A stretch of 64,000 nt of DNA from Marispirochaeta sp. (GTDB lineage Bacteria; Spirochaetota; Spirochaetia; JC444; Marispirochaetaceae). The notes under the pieces were generated by a model. The model was not told the DNA's origin and ran no database searches. It saw nothing but the letters and a program-made list of their open reading frames with translations. Both the position numbers and the translations under genes were made by a program. Below are positions 1 through 9,815 of this stretch, piece by piece (positions within the stretch are counted from its first letter, which is position 1; every line of letters starts with the position of its first letter). The stretch is from the NCBI GenBank assembly GCA_963676835.2, contig CAXXFF010000002.1, positions 1,024,001-1,088,000 on the forward strand, read 5' to 3'.

Positions 1-1
1 A

Positions 2-529
2 AAATACGGGCAGAAGCTGCGTATCCGCTTTGATGCCAACCAGGGCTATTCCCAGGAGGAGGCCCTGTACTTTGTTGAAAAGACACGGGAGCTTCAGGTT
101 GAGCTTTTGGAGCAGCCGACCCGGAAGTCCCGGCCGGACCTGTTGGGAATTGTTACCCGGGGATCGGCAATCCCCATAATGGCCGATGAAAGCCTGGTCT
201 CTCTGGTTGATGCCTTCCATCTGGTAAAACATGGGCTGGTGGATCTGATGAATATAAAGCTGATGAAGACCGGGGGAATTACCGAAGCAGTACAGGTCGA
301 TGCCGTTGCGCGGGCTGCCGGTGTGGAGGTTATGGTGGGATGTATGGATGAGGCCGCCCTCGGAGTAGCTGCAGGGCTTCATTTTGCCCTGAGCCGTAAA
401 AACATCCGCTTTGCCGATCTGGACGGCCATTTCGGCCTTAAGGGCGATCCCTCTGCCGGACTCATTGCAAGCAGAAACGGCTATCTGTACCCATCCAACA
501 ATCCGGGCTTCGGGTGGGCCGGGTTGTAG
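2..529 (+). CDS. Dipeptide epimerase / muconate-lactonizing-type enolase superfamily protein (5' truncated by window edge)
   Basis: Frame open from base 2: RFDANQGY, EQP, IMADES, NIKLMKTGG, MVGCMDE and DLD motifs of L-Ala-D/L-Glu epimerases. Confidence 0.85.
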   Translation, partial: KYGQKLRIRFDANQGYSQEEALYFVEKTRELQVELLEQPTRKSRPDLLGIVTRGSAIPIMADESLVSLVDAFHLVKHGLVDLMNIKLMKTGGITEAVQVDAVARAAGVEVMVGCMDEAALGVAAGLHFALSRKNIRFADLDGHFGLKGDPSAGLIASRNGYLYPSNNPGFGWAGL

Positions 530-653
530 TCGCCGGATATCAGCGGCCTGTATTTTTAGAACTGTAATCCGTCAGTTCCATTACTGTTGTAATAAAATAG
601 AGAGGTATGTTGTGTTCATCACGCCGGAATACGGCACTCACTTCCCTGAAATG

Positions 654-1604
654 CTATAATAGCAAAAAAAATAAATATCCAGTATAAATCACAATAAAAA
701 TCAGACCTTCCCATCTTTCCAACTTTCGCCCTTTGCCTGTAAAAATGAAAGCGAACAATAAAATGCTTATGAAAATATTCAATAAAGCGTCATAAAATGT
801 ATCTCTCAAAACAGGCAGTGGATTCACAACCGCAGTTAATCCTAGGATAAAGAACACATTAAATATATTTGAACCGACCACGTTGCCTATGGCAATGTCT
901 ACATTCTTTTTTCTGACTGCAACTATTGAAGTTGCCAGTTCTGGTAATGATGTTCCTATGGAAACTATGGTAAGTGCGATAACTCTTTCAGAAATACCTA
1001 AATTCCTCGCAAAACCGGATGCTGAATCAACTACAATTTTTCCACCAAATATCAGGAGAGAAAAGCCCAAAGCCAATAGCAGAAATGTAATAGGTAGCGA
1101 ATAGTCTTTTACTTCTATATCTTCTGCAATCTCATTATTTAAGGTCAATTTAATATTGTATGAAATAAATACTAGAAAAAACAGCAATAGAATAATACCG
1201 TCAACTCTTGAAATAATTGAGATATCTGACTTGTCTATCACCACATCATTACCTAATACAAAAATCACCACTGCAGCCAATAAACAAAGCGGGATTTCAA
1301 TCCATGTTGTGTTGGTTTTTACAACTAGCGGGGTGATAACTGCAGAGATACCCAATATTCCTAGAATATTAAAAATATTGCTGCCTAAAATGTTCCCCAG
1401 TGCAATATCTGTATTATTATTAATCGCAGCAAATATATTGACTACCAATTCCGGAGCTGATGTTCCAAACGCTACTATTGTTAATCCGATCACAATGTTT
1501 GGTATATTCAATCTTTTAGCAATTGCTGAAGCGCTATTTACCAAAAAATCGGCACCAGAAATGAGTAAAGCAAATCCAATCAATATAAAAAACACATTTA
1601 GCAT
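654..1604 (-). CDS. Calcium/sodium antiporter (YrbG/CaCA family)
   Basis: Two alpha repeats (GTSAPE...GSNIFN and GTSLPE...GSNIFN), about 10 TM segments; visibly AT-rich. Confidence 0.92.
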   Translation of the reverse strand: MLNVFFILIGFALLISGADFLVNSASAIAKRLNIPNIVIGLTIVAFGTSAPELVVNIFAAINNNTDIALGNILGSNIFNILGILGISAVITPLVVKTNTTWIEIPLCLLAAVVIFVLGNDVVIDKSDISIISRVDGIILLLFFLVFISYNIKLTLNNEIAEDIEVKDYSLPITFLLLALGFSLLIFGGKIVVDSASGFARNLGISERVIALTIVSIGTSLPELATSIVAVRKKNVDIAIGNVVGSNIFNVFFILGLTAVVNPLPVLRDTFYDALLNIFISILLFAFIFTGKGRKLERWEGLIFIVIYTGYLFFLLL

Positions 1605-1877
1605 ATCATTTGCCTCAAAAAATAATTGTTCTAGTTTATTATACTATTCTCGAGCTATAGTTGGCGAGAGCTGAAGCTATTCATTACATCTTCCTGTATC
1701 TTATCTGCCGAAATACCAGGGAGGCCAAGTACGATATACAGTTTCCATGTATAACAACATCTTCTATTCCGGTGGCTCTCTGCTTCTCTTCACGTCAATA
1801 TACCTCACATGAGGTATTTTCTTCTGCTTTTCCGGATCATAAAATAATGCGGTCAGTAAAAACGGAAGGAGAAATGT

Positions 1878-2300
1878 ATGCTTACAAAAGAAGCCATCGG
1901 AGAAAATATTGTTATTGCAGAGATAAAAACAGACTCGTGTATTTCCAATGCCGAAGGGAAGTTCAATGAGCGGGATCTTGCTGTTGCCTTTACCGAAGCT
2001 CTGCAGAAACAGCTGGAAAAACGTAAGTTCTCTGTCGGTTCCGGCGGGAAGGTCGTAATTGAGGGCGAACTTACCAAGGTTGATATCGGTAACCGTTTTA
2101 TCCGCTATATTACCTTAAGCTTTTCCGGAAAAGTTCATGTGGCATTCAAAGGAAAGGTTATGCAGGATGGCAATGTCCTGCGCGAGTTTGATATAGAAGT
2201 TCCCCATACTTCAATGAGCTGGATTCATACTCCCCGGTTTCTCTGCACCCAGGCTGCCAAAGGCTGTGCCTTAAAGCTTGCCAAAATGTTCGAGAAATAA
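1878..2300 (+). CDS. Hypothetical protein (DUF4410-like)
   Basis: RBS AAGGAG; IEGELTKVDIGNRFIRY resembles the DUF4410 motif. Confidence 0.6.
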   Translation: MLTKEAIGENIVIAEIKTDSCISNAEGKFNERDLAVAFTEALQKQLEKRKFSVGSGGKVVIEGELTKVDIGNRFIRYITLSFSGKVHVAFKGKVMQDGNVLREFDIEVPHTSMSWIHTPRFLCTQAAKGCALKLAKMFEK

Positions 2301-2303
2301 GCC

Positions 2304-2633
2304 ATGGATTCCAGGCCCAAAGCTCTAATAGAACTTAAATCCGGAAAGATTCCCAGGGAACAGATTGTCAGCCAGGCGGTTGAAATGGGTGCAGATCGGG
2401 AAGAGGCGGAAAGGCTGTATCTGCAGCTGATGCGGAAAAAGCACAAGCTCTACTCCCGCTTAACCTTCTGGGGCGCCGTGGCTCTTGCGGTGGGGCTGCT
2501 AGTCTCCTGGGTTGGCACCAGTTCGGACGCCTATATCTACTTCTACTACTGGGGCCCCATAGTTGCGGGAGCCCTTGTGTGCATAAGCGGGGTTGTTCTC
2601 AAGCAGAAACTGCGGGCGGTGGAAAGAGACTGA
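2304..2633 (+). CDS. Hypothetical two-TM membrane protein
   Basis: 3 nt after previous gene; two hydrophobic helices around YYWGPIVAG. Confidence 0.7.
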   Translation: MDSRPKALIELKSGKIPREQIVSQAVEMGADREEAERLYLQLMRKKHKLYSRLTFWGAVALAVGLLVSWVGTSSDAYIYFYYWGPIVAGALVCISGVVLKQKLRAVERD

Positions 2634-2652
2634 GTTTTCAGAGAGCTAATCC

Positions 2653-3354
2653 TTATACGTTGAAAACGGTGTAATACCGTTCAAACTCGGACAGAGAGCT
2701 TGTTTCCAGTTTTGCACAGATATTCTTCCGGTGGGTCCGGACGGTGTGGTAGGAAATCTTCAGCAGTTCGCCGATGGTTTTCGACTCCTTGCCGTTTACC
2801 ACCAGGGAGAGTATCTCTTTTTCTCTTTCCGTCAGAGATTGATAGCGGTGGTAATTCCTGTTGTAAAACTCGTAGCTGCTTTCAATTATTGATGTAATAA
2901 ATGACTCTTCGGCGAGGGTCTCCAGGGGCTGACTGAATGAGAGTACCTTATCCGGTCCGTAGAGTTTCGAACTGGTATAAAATAGCTGAAACGGCAGTTT
3001 CTTTCGGGGGTAGTGGAGCCTCTGCAGGTGGCTGTACAGGCGGTCTTTATTTTCCGGCTGGAGAAAAAACTCACGCTTTTTTAAAAAGGTATGCTGGCTT
3101 TTAGTGTCGGTTATCTCTTCCAGAAATGCGGGGCCTAGGTTTATTATCTCATACAGGTCACGCTCGAAAATATCCAGGGCTTTATTGGAAAGATAAAGAA
3201 TCCCTCCGTTTGTATTGCTGTTGAGGTGAATGTATCCGGGAATCAGTTCTCCCATCTCATCGAAGCTGACAATCCCCTTTTTCTCAAGAATCTCGCAGTA
3301 GCTTAAATCCATCCGCGCCCGGGCAATCATTTCAGCTTCGGTATACTTTTTCAT
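2653..3354 (-). CDS. LuxR-family HTH regulator with PAS-like N-terminus
   Basis: C-terminal LTEREKEIL...ISYHTVRTHRKNICAKL; ATG at 3354 chosen (GTG at 3372 possible). Confidence 0.85.
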   Translation of the reverse strand: MKKYTEAEMIARARMDLSYCEILEKKGIVSFDEMGELIPGYIHLNSNTNGGILYLSNKALDIFERDLYEIINLGPAFLEEITDTKSQHTFLKKREFFLQPENKDRLYSHLQRLHYPRKKLPFQLFYTSSKLYGPDKVLSFSQPLETLAEESFITSIIESSYEFYNRNYHRYQSLTEREKEILSLVVNGKESKTIGELLKISYHTVRTHRKNICAKLETSSLSEFERYYTVFNV

Positions 3355-3448
3355 GCTGCGCAATACTATCACATTTATTACGTTTTTGTAAAATCAAGAC
3401 AGGCTTGTTCGGATGTACTGACTGGAAGAAACAGGAAAACTTGCAGAT

Positions 3449-4867
3449 TTGAAGCCGATTCCCTATATTTATAGGGTGAAAACAGAAAAACAGCTGAAAG
3501 TAGTAATTTTATCTATTTTTTTCCTGCAGATTCTTTTGAGCTCCTGCACTCCCGGCAAGGATAGTGAAGCAGGGGGTTCTTTCGGAAATATGTCGCCTGA
3601 GAATCCTCAGGTGCTTGTGGTCTGGAACCACGAATACCCCACCTATAATCAGGCCATGCGGGAAAAATGGATTCCCGAGTTTGAGGCATCCCATCCGGGG
3701 GTTACAATACAGTACGAAGTTTTTCCCTATTCCGGAGATATTGTCACCTTCGATACCAAGCTGCTGACCTCAGTTTCCGGCGGGACCGGGCCGGATGTCT
3801 GGTCCATGGCAAGTCACAATTTTTCCCAGGCCGGATATATCGATCTTGGTTTGATTTTCCCTCTGGATCCTGCGGTTTTCGGATACGAATCAACCGAAGA
3901 GATGGTAAAAGACTATCCTCCCCGGACTCTGGATGTTTTTTTGCGGGATAACAAGCTCTATGCCCTTATTGGTGAATTGACCAGCCTCTCTCTGTTTTAC
4001 AATAAAACCATGTTCCGGGAGACCGGGATTCCATATCTGCCGGAGGACCGTCCGGTAAGCTGGCAAACCATAGCGGATATCAGTCAGCAGCTGCTGGAGC
4101 TGAATCCCGAAACAGGTACCCCGGAGAAGATGGGCTATCAGTTCGGGTTCTTTGCCAACTATCCAGCCCTCGAATGGTACATCCAGGATTTTTATCCGGT
4201 CATGCGGCAGTTCGGACAGCACGAACTCTTTCTTGACGGGGCTCCTGCGGGAAATACCCCGGCCATGATAAGCGCCCTGCGCCTTTTTTATGATTTTACC
4301 CATACCTATAAAGCCTACGATCCCTATTTTGTCACCAACTGGTTTGAGGATTTTGCATCCGGCAGGGTGGCAATGGTAACTGCAGGATCCTGGTATCCCT
4401 CGGTTATTAAAAATATCAATCCCGAAATTGATTTCGGCTGTGTGCCTCACCCGGTTACCAATCTGGATAATACAGATACCTATCATTCCATTATGTATTC
4501 CTTCGGATGGGCGGTGAATGCCGGAGCAGAACCGGAACTGCAGAAAACCGGGCAGGAGTTTATTGCCTTTATTCTGGGCAAAAAAGGTGAAATAGAGCAG
4601 GCTAACTGGTGGCTTGAAAATGTCGGAATGTTTCAACCCCGAATAGACTTTCTTGAGTCGTCTGATTTTCTGCGGGTTGTGGCTGAAGATCCATGGATGA
4701 AGCAGTTTGTTGATATCTTCGATAGCTTTTCGGTGGACTATTATCAGCATTCGTCCAGTGAAGAAGGCAGAGCACTTGTCCGGGCTATAAACCGGGTGGT
4801 GTATAACCGGATGCAGCCACGGGAGAGCGCGGATCTTCTGCAGAATGAGCTCCTGCTTATGCAGTAA
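3449..4867 (+). CDS. Extracellular solute-binding lipoprotein (carbohydrate SBP family 1)
   Basis: Lipobox LLSS-C; FEASHPGVTI, GPDV, LFYNKTMF, FASGRVAM motifs; exact start uncertain. Confidence 0.88.
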   Translation: MKPIPYIYRVKTEKQLKVVILSIFFLQILLSSCTPGKDSEAGGSFGNMSPENPQVLVVWNHEYPTYNQAMREKWIPEFEASHPGVTIQYEVFPYSGDIVTFDTKLLTSVSGGTGPDVWSMASHNFSQAGYIDLGLIFPLDPAVFGYESTEEMVKDYPPRTLDVFLRDNKLYALIGELTSLSLFYNKTMFRETGIPYLPEDRPVSWQTIADISQQLLELNPETGTPEKMGYQFGFFANYPALEWYIQDFYPVMRQFGQHELFLDGAPAGNTPAMISALRLFYDFTHTYKAYDPYFVTNWFEDFASGRVAMVTAGSWYPSVIKNINPEIDFGCVPHPVTNLDNTDTYHSIMYSFGWAVNAGAEPELQKTGQEFIAFILGKKGEIEQANWWLENVGMFQPRIDFLESSDFLRVVAEDPWMKQFVDIFDSFSVDYYQHSSSEEGRALVRAINRVVYNRMQPRESADLLQNELLLMQ

Positions 4868-4873
4868 ATACGG

Positions 4874-6724
4874 TTGTATCGTGTGACAGAATATCTCTGG
4901 AAAAAGTGGAATAATCTCTCCATCGGCAGCAAGATAAGTCTCTCCTTCGGTGTTGTTCTGCTCATTGTTATCCTTGAGTTTTCAATCGGTACAACCGGGC
5001 TTATTCGTATACAGAAGGTTGATGATACAATCTTAAGCGCCGCAACAAGTCAGCGTCTGGTTCTTACTGTCAGCCGTAACTGGGAGAGGGTTAAACGGTT
5101 CAGTGCACTGTTTTTTCTTCAGTATCCGGAACTCGGGCCAGACCGGAGTTTTTCCATGTTTGCCCTGCCTGCGGGCAGCAGTATTGATGAGATTATCCGG
5201 GATATGGTGCAGCTGAAACAGACTGCAGAACAGGCAGAAGCCTCACATTTTCTCAGCAGAAATATTGGACTGATAAACAGGATCCTGGATAATACCGACT
5301 TGTACCTGCAGGGATTCAAGCAGGGATCAGCTCTGGTGCGCCAGTCCGCAGTCGACGGTAACGGTAAGTCACTGGCGCGGGTAATTAAGGAAAAAGAAGA
5401 TACCCTGAAAAATCTTGATCAGGATATTGAAGCTGAAATAGCTGCATTGCTGGCCAGTTTTCAGGAAGAGGTTCGTAATGCCGAGCAGCGAATCTCGGAT
5501 ATCCGCCATCAGACAACACTTATGTTTGTGGCCATGATTATTCTAAGTATTCTTGCAATCATTTTCATCTCTCTGATCCTGAGGCAGAGTATTACCCGGA
5601 AAATAGTTGGTTTAACCCGGGCAGCAGAGACCCTTGAAGAGGGAGATTTGAGCATCGTTCTGCCGGTAAGCAGCAATGATGAACTGGGTCGTCTCTACGG
5701 AACTTTCAACACCATGGCCGGAAAACTTCAGAAGATATTTACCCGTCTGACGGTTTTGCATCAGGCCAGCTACAATGTTTCCGATAACCTTGATGAACAG
5801 CATGTAATTGAGGTTTCTCTTGAAGCAGTACAGAAAATCTGCAGTCCCGAATTTGCCTGTATATGGCTGCTTGAAAACGGAACCCCGGTTGTAAAGGGCT
5901 GCCGGGGAGATTCCGGGCGGGGAGAGAAGCGGTCCCCCTTTTTGGATTTTCAGGATGACAGTATACCTCTTGATGCCCGCTGCTGGGAAAGTGAGGTTCG
6001 TAATGTTGTTAATGAAACTGATACCTCAGCTGAGGCGGTGATTCCTCTTGTCCTGGGAGACCGCTTTCTCGGGGTGCTGCATATTCAGTCGGGGAAACAG
6101 GATTTCTTCAGTAAGGATGTAGTTGAGATTCTTGAGCTGCTTTCTGCCCATACTGCGCTGGGCATAACCAATTCCCGGCGTTTTGATGAGAAGGACCGTC
6201 AGGCCAGGATCGATCTGCTTACGGGTTTGAACAATCGCCGGGGAATGTACGAATATGGAACCCGGGATATCCAACGCTGTTTAAGGTTGGGGCGGCCGGT
6301 CTCGGCTATTTTCATGGATATAGATTTTTTCAAGCAGTTTAATGACCGGTACAGCTATGAAACGGGAGATCTTGTTCTGCAGCGAGTTTCGGCAGTTTTT
6401 AAGGAGAGTATGCGCAGTATCGATATCCTGTCCCGTTTCGGAGGGGAAGAGTTTGTTGCCATACTCCCGGAGCTGGAACTGAAAGATGCGGTTGAAGTAG
6501 CCGAGCGTCTGCGCAGGACGATAAATGAGCAGAAGATATATTCAGATTTTGGTGAACTTTCCATAACAGTAAGCCTGGGCGTTGCCGCAGCGGGAGAAAC
6601 TTCCGGGGATTTTCCGGGAACAGATGCTGCTGTATATCTGGATAAACTGTTGGCAGAGGCCGGACTGCTTCTGCACAAGGCAAAAGAGAACGGCCGTAAC
6701 AGAGTGGAGTCCGGAATAGAATAG
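4874..6724 (+). CDS. Membrane diguanylate cyclase (TM-helical sensor-TM-HAMP-GAF-GGDEF)
   Basis: Two TMs, HAMP (NDELGRLYGTFNTM), GAF-like segment, DLLTGLNNRR, RSID I-site, GGEEF. Confidence 0.92.
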   Translation: MYRVTEYLWKKWNNLSIGSKISLSFGVVLLIVILEFSIGTTGLIRIQKVDDTILSAATSQRLVLTVSRNWERVKRFSALFFLQYPELGPDRSFSMFALPAGSSIDEIIRDMVQLKQTAEQAEASHFLSRNIGLINRILDNTDLYLQGFKQGSALVRQSAVDGNGKSLARVIKEKEDTLKNLDQDIEAEIAALLASFQEEVRNAEQRISDIRHQTTLMFVAMIILSILAIIFISLILRQSITRKIVGLTRAAETLEEGDLSIVLPVSSNDELGRLYGTFNTMAGKLQKIFTRLTVLHQASYNVSDNLDEQHVIEVSLEAVQKICSPEFACIWLLENGTPVVKGCRGDSGRGEKRSPFLDFQDDSIPLDARCWESEVRNVVNETDTSAEAVIPLVLGDRFLGVLHIQSGKQDFFSKDVVEILELLSAHTALGITNSRRFDEKDRQARIDLLTGLNNRRGMYEYGTRDIQRCLRLGRPVSAIFMDIDFFKQFNDRYSYETGDLVLQRVSAVFKESMRSIDILSRFGGEEFVAILPELELKDAVEVAERLRRTINEQKIYSDFGELSITVSLGVAAAGETSGDFPGTDAAVYLDKLLAEAGLLLHKAKENGRNRVESGIE

Positions 6725-6748
6725 TTCGTAGACTGAGTTCAGGCAGGG

Positions 6749-7471
6749 TTACTTCTTTCTTGAACCAATATATTCAAGCCAGTAGGGAATCCCCCGGGAT
6801 GAGGCAAGTTTATGCATTTTTCTGAATCCCCTGCCGTAGTCTTTGTGCCGGTCTTTAAAGAAACCCTGCATAAGGTAGGCAGCTTCCGGTTCTTTCCTGG
6901 TTCTTAGAATCAGCCAGGCTGCAAGGTTGCAGCTTCCTTCCACCAGGGCCGGGGAGGCGTCGGTTATTCCCCTGCTGTAAAACCAGATATGCATAAGTTC
7001 ATGGGCGCAGGTAGAGATAAAGCTGACACGGGGGAGCCCGTTGAGCAGAAATATCTGCAGGTCAAACTGCCGAATTTTCCCGTTGAACAGGCTTCGCCTG
7101 AACCGTGCAGTTCCCTGTTTTTCTCTTCCTGTTCTGTCCAGGCGCTTAAGATCCAACCGGTCTATCAGGGCGAACCCGGGTTTGAAGGGCTTAATCACAA
7201 TACCCATCTTTTCAAGGCCGGTGTAGGTTTCCATAAGAATAGTCTTCCCTTCCGCTACATCCTTCACAGCTGCCTTATCGCAGAGAGCACAGATAGCCTG
7301 TCCGTCGCTCAATGTTTTTCCGCCCCCGGTGCTCTCTTTGCTGATAAAGCGTCCGCAATAGGGGCATGCCGGGGTTTGCCGGTAATGGGCGGCACATACG
7401 CTGTTACCCCAGTAATCCCGGTAGTATCTGCCTGTGATGGTATGATTGTTGTGAATGCAAACGGGGTTCAT
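6749..7471 (-). CDS. DA1-like protein (LIM-like Zn fingers plus HExxH zinc peptidase)
   Basis: CAAH..CPYC..CALC; CAHELMH followed by VEGSCNL. Confidence 0.75.
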   Translation of the reverse strand: MNPVCIHNNHTITGRYYRDYWGNSVCAAHYRQTPACPYCGRFISKESTGGGKTLSDGQAICALCDKAAVKDVAEGKTILMETYTGLEKMGIVIKPFKPGFALIDRLDLKRLDRTGREKQGTARFRRSLFNGKIRQFDLQIFLLNGLPRVSFISTCAHELMHIWFYSRGITDASPALVEGSCNLAAWLILRTRKEPEAAYLMQGFFKDRHKDYGRGFRKMHKLASSRGIPYWLEYIGSRKK

Positions 7472-7543
7472 GCTCTTTGAGAGTACAATAAATCATCTAT
7501 AATAGCGAATTCTCCTAATCCTAACTAAAAAACTAAAAAAACA

Positions 7544-7572
7544 TTGACAACTGGAAAAACCACTGTTTAAAT
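7544..7572 (+). promoter_or_regulatory. sigma70-type promoter of the mrp-mbx operon
   Basis: TTGACA-17 nt-TTAAAT with an extended -10 TG. Confidence 0.6.
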
Positions 7573-7739
7573 AGAAATATATCAATATATAAATACTTAA
7601 ATACACGAAAATTTTGGCTGGAAATGTAAAAAAAACGGGCGATTTTCTTTCGCTTTTGTTTTGCTGGAACTACGATTAAGGGTGCTTAACGCTCTGAAAA
7701 CTTGAGAATAGTCACTTTTTATATATATGGAGGATATGT

Positions 7740-8231
7740 GTGAAGGTTAAAACTGCCCTTGTTTCTGTTGTACTGGGGCTGCTTCTCTGGCTTGGCCTTA
7801 ATGGCAGGCTGGATCCGGCAATTCTTGCTGCCGGTGCCGTGGTGGTGCTGGTTACAGCGGCATTCCATGTCAACTCAGCGGTGTTTGGAGAGTTGAAACT
7901 GACACCAAAGGCGCTGTTTGCGCTTATTGCGTGGTTTATTGTTTTTATTACAGAACTCATCAAATCCAACATTGATGTGATGTTCCGGGTAATAACACCG
8001 GAAGTAAAAATCAATCCTGCCATTGTAGAGGTGAAAACCAGGCTTACCTCACCCCTGGGACGGCTTGTTCTGGCAAACTCAATTACCCTTACTCCCGGAA
8101 CCCTGACAGCGGACATTAAGAATGACAGCCTTTTTATCCACTGGATTGACGCATCTTCCACCGATGTAGAGGGAGCTACAAAGGCAATCGTCGCAAAGTT
8201 TGAAAAATATCTGGAGGTGGTCTTTGGCTGA
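7740..8231 (+). CDS. Mrp/Mnh subunit E-like (MbxA)
   Basis: ELIKSNIDV, LANSITLTPGTLT, FIHWID; GTG start with GGAGGA RBS. Confidence 0.92.
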   Translation: MKVKTALVSVVLGLLLWLGLNGRLDPAILAAGAVVVLVTAAFHVNSAVFGELKLTPKALFALIAWFIVFITELIKSNIDVMFRVITPEVKINPAIVEVKTRLTSPLGRLVLANSITLTPGTLTADIKNDSLFIHWIDASSTDVEGATKAIVAKFEKYLEVVFG

Positions 8232-8484
8232 TCAAATACTTATGGCCGCGGTCCTGATCTCTCTGGTTAGTATCGGGATTATTCTTATCCGTTTTATTAT
8301 GGGGCCTTCTGTGCTGGACAGGGTGGTTGCCTTCGATACCGCCGGTATCATAGCTATCTCCCTGATCGTTCTATTGGCTCATATACTGGACCGCTTTATT
8401 TATGTAGATGTTGCCCTGGTTTACGGGCTCCTCAGTTTTATCGGTGTCCTGGTTGTTGCCAGGTATCATGAGAGGGGGCTGTAA
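8224..8484 (+). CDS. Mrp/Mnh subunit F-like (MbxB)
   Basis: GPSVLDRVVAFD, DVALVYGLLSFIG; TTG start after GGAGG. Confidence 0.9.
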   Translation: MADQILMAAVLISLVSIGIILIRFIMGPSVLDRVVAFDTAGIIAISLIVLLAHILDRFIYVDVALVYGLLSFIGVLVVARYHERGL

Positions 8485-8858
8485 TGGAGATGGCAGGTGC
8501 TGTTTTTGCTCTGATCGGGTCGATAATTTTCTTTTTCAGCGCTCTGGGGCTTATCCGTATGCCGGATTTATATAACCGGATACAGACAGGTACCAAGGCG
8601 ACAACCCTGGGAACCATAGTGTTGTCCATCGGAATCGCACTTCTTCATCCGGAATGGACCTGGAAACTGATCATTCTGATTCTCTTCATTGTCCTCACAA
8701 ACCCCATATCCTCCCATGTGGTTGCCCGGGGTGCCCACTACAGCGGACAGGAAATGACCGGGAAGACTGTAGCCGATGCGCTTTCAAAAGAGGAAGAAGA
8801 GGAAAAGAAAGAAAAGGAAAAGAAAGAAGAGAAAAAGAAAGAGGAGGTGAAGGGATGA
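8484..8858 (+). CDS. Mrp/Mnh subunit G-like (MbxC)
   Basis: GLIRMPDLYNRIQTGTKATTLG, LTNPISSH; charged C-terminal tail. Confidence 0.92.
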   Translation: MEMAGAVFALIGSIIFFFSALGLIRMPDLYNRIQTGTKATTLGTIVLSIGIALLHPEWTWKLIILILFIVLTNPISSHVVARGAHYSGQEMTGKTVADALSKEEEEEKKEKEKKEEKKKEEVKG

Positions 8859-9115
8859 CCATTGTTTTTGCAGTAGTGGCGCTCTTTACCCTTGGCACCG
8901 CTTTCTATGCTGTGGCAGTAAAGGACAGAATCGTTGCGGTGCTGTCCGCCGGGGCTTCCGGACTTTTTGCCTCTATCCTCTTCATCATGATGGCCGCCCC
9001 CGACGTGGCCATGACGGAAGCGGCCATAGGCAGCGGTCTTACCACCTTCATCTTTTTCTTTGCCCTTAGAAAAGTAAATGAAGGAAAGGTAAAAGGAGGG
9101 CAGAAAAATGGTTAG
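8855..9115 (+). CDS. DUF4040 / MbhD-like subunit (MbxD)
   Basis: AAPDVAMTEAAIGSG; ATGA overlap with previous stop. Confidence 0.9.
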   Translation: MTIVFAVVALFTLGTAFYAVAVKDRIVAVLSAGASGLFASILFIMMAAPDVAMTEAAIGSGLTTFIFFFALRKVNEGKVKGGQKNG

Positions 9116-9815
9116 AAAAGGCTTTGTTCTTCTTATGATCATTGCCCTGGGCTTTATGCTCTGGGATTTTGCCGGGAACTATGCAGGTAAAGATTCCCTG
9201 CCTGAAGTTTCTGCTCACTATATAGAGAAGGGTCCCCGTGAGCTTGGTGCGGTTAATGTGGTGACTTCCGTGGTTGTCACTTACCGGGGACTGGATACCC
9301 TGGGTGAGGTTACCATTTTATTCGCCGCAGCTGCGGTGGTCGGCCTGCTGCTGCATCTGGGGGGCAATGAAAACCCCCGGCGGCGGGAAGCAAGCGAGCT
9401 TCTGAAAACCGGAAGTGCCCTGTTGTTCCCTCTTATTCTGCTTTTCGGTGTGTATGTTTTTATCAATGGTCACCTTACACCGGGAGGCGGGTTCCAGGGG
9501 GGCGCAATAATCGCTTCCGCGGTGGTGCTCTCTGTTCTGGCGGACCCCAATAAAAAAGCAGGACACACGGTCCTCTCTGTAATTGAGTCCCTTTCCGGAC
9601 TTGCCTACGTCGGTCTTGGTGCCGCCGGAGCCTTTCTGATGGTAAACGGCTTTCTGGATAACCGTCTTCTGCCCCTGGGCGAATATGGATCGCTTGTCAG
9701 TGCCGGACTTATTCCGGTCATTTACTGCCTCGTAGGGCTGAAGGTCGGCTCGGAACTCAGTTCTGTGGTTATCGGATTTAAAGGTGAGTCGGCAGACAAA
9801 GGAGGTGCAGAATAA
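9108..9815 (+). CDS. Mrp/Mnh subunit B-like (fused MbhE/F type)
   Basis: NVVTSVVVTYRGLDTLGE and GHLTPGGGFQGG. Confidence 0.92.
   Translation: MVRKGFVLLMIIALGFMLWDFAGNYAGKDSLPEVSAHYIEKGPRELGAVNVVTSVVVTYRGLDTLGEVTILFAAAAVVGLLLHLGGNENPRRREASELLKTGSALLFPLILLFGVYVFINGHLTPGGGFQGGAIIASAVVLSVLADPNKKAGHTVLSVIESLSGLAYVGLGAAGAFLMVNGFLDNRLLPLGEYGSLVSAGLIPVIYCLVGLKVGSELSSVVIGFKGESADKGGAE

Noticed and set aside
1800..1817. Dyad ATACCTCA-CA-TGAGGTAT
   Set aside because: Isolated, with no assignable regulator or second copy
8786..8855. Purine-rich low-complexity tract
   Set aside because: Encodes the Glu/Lys tail of the MnhG-like subunit; not a separate element
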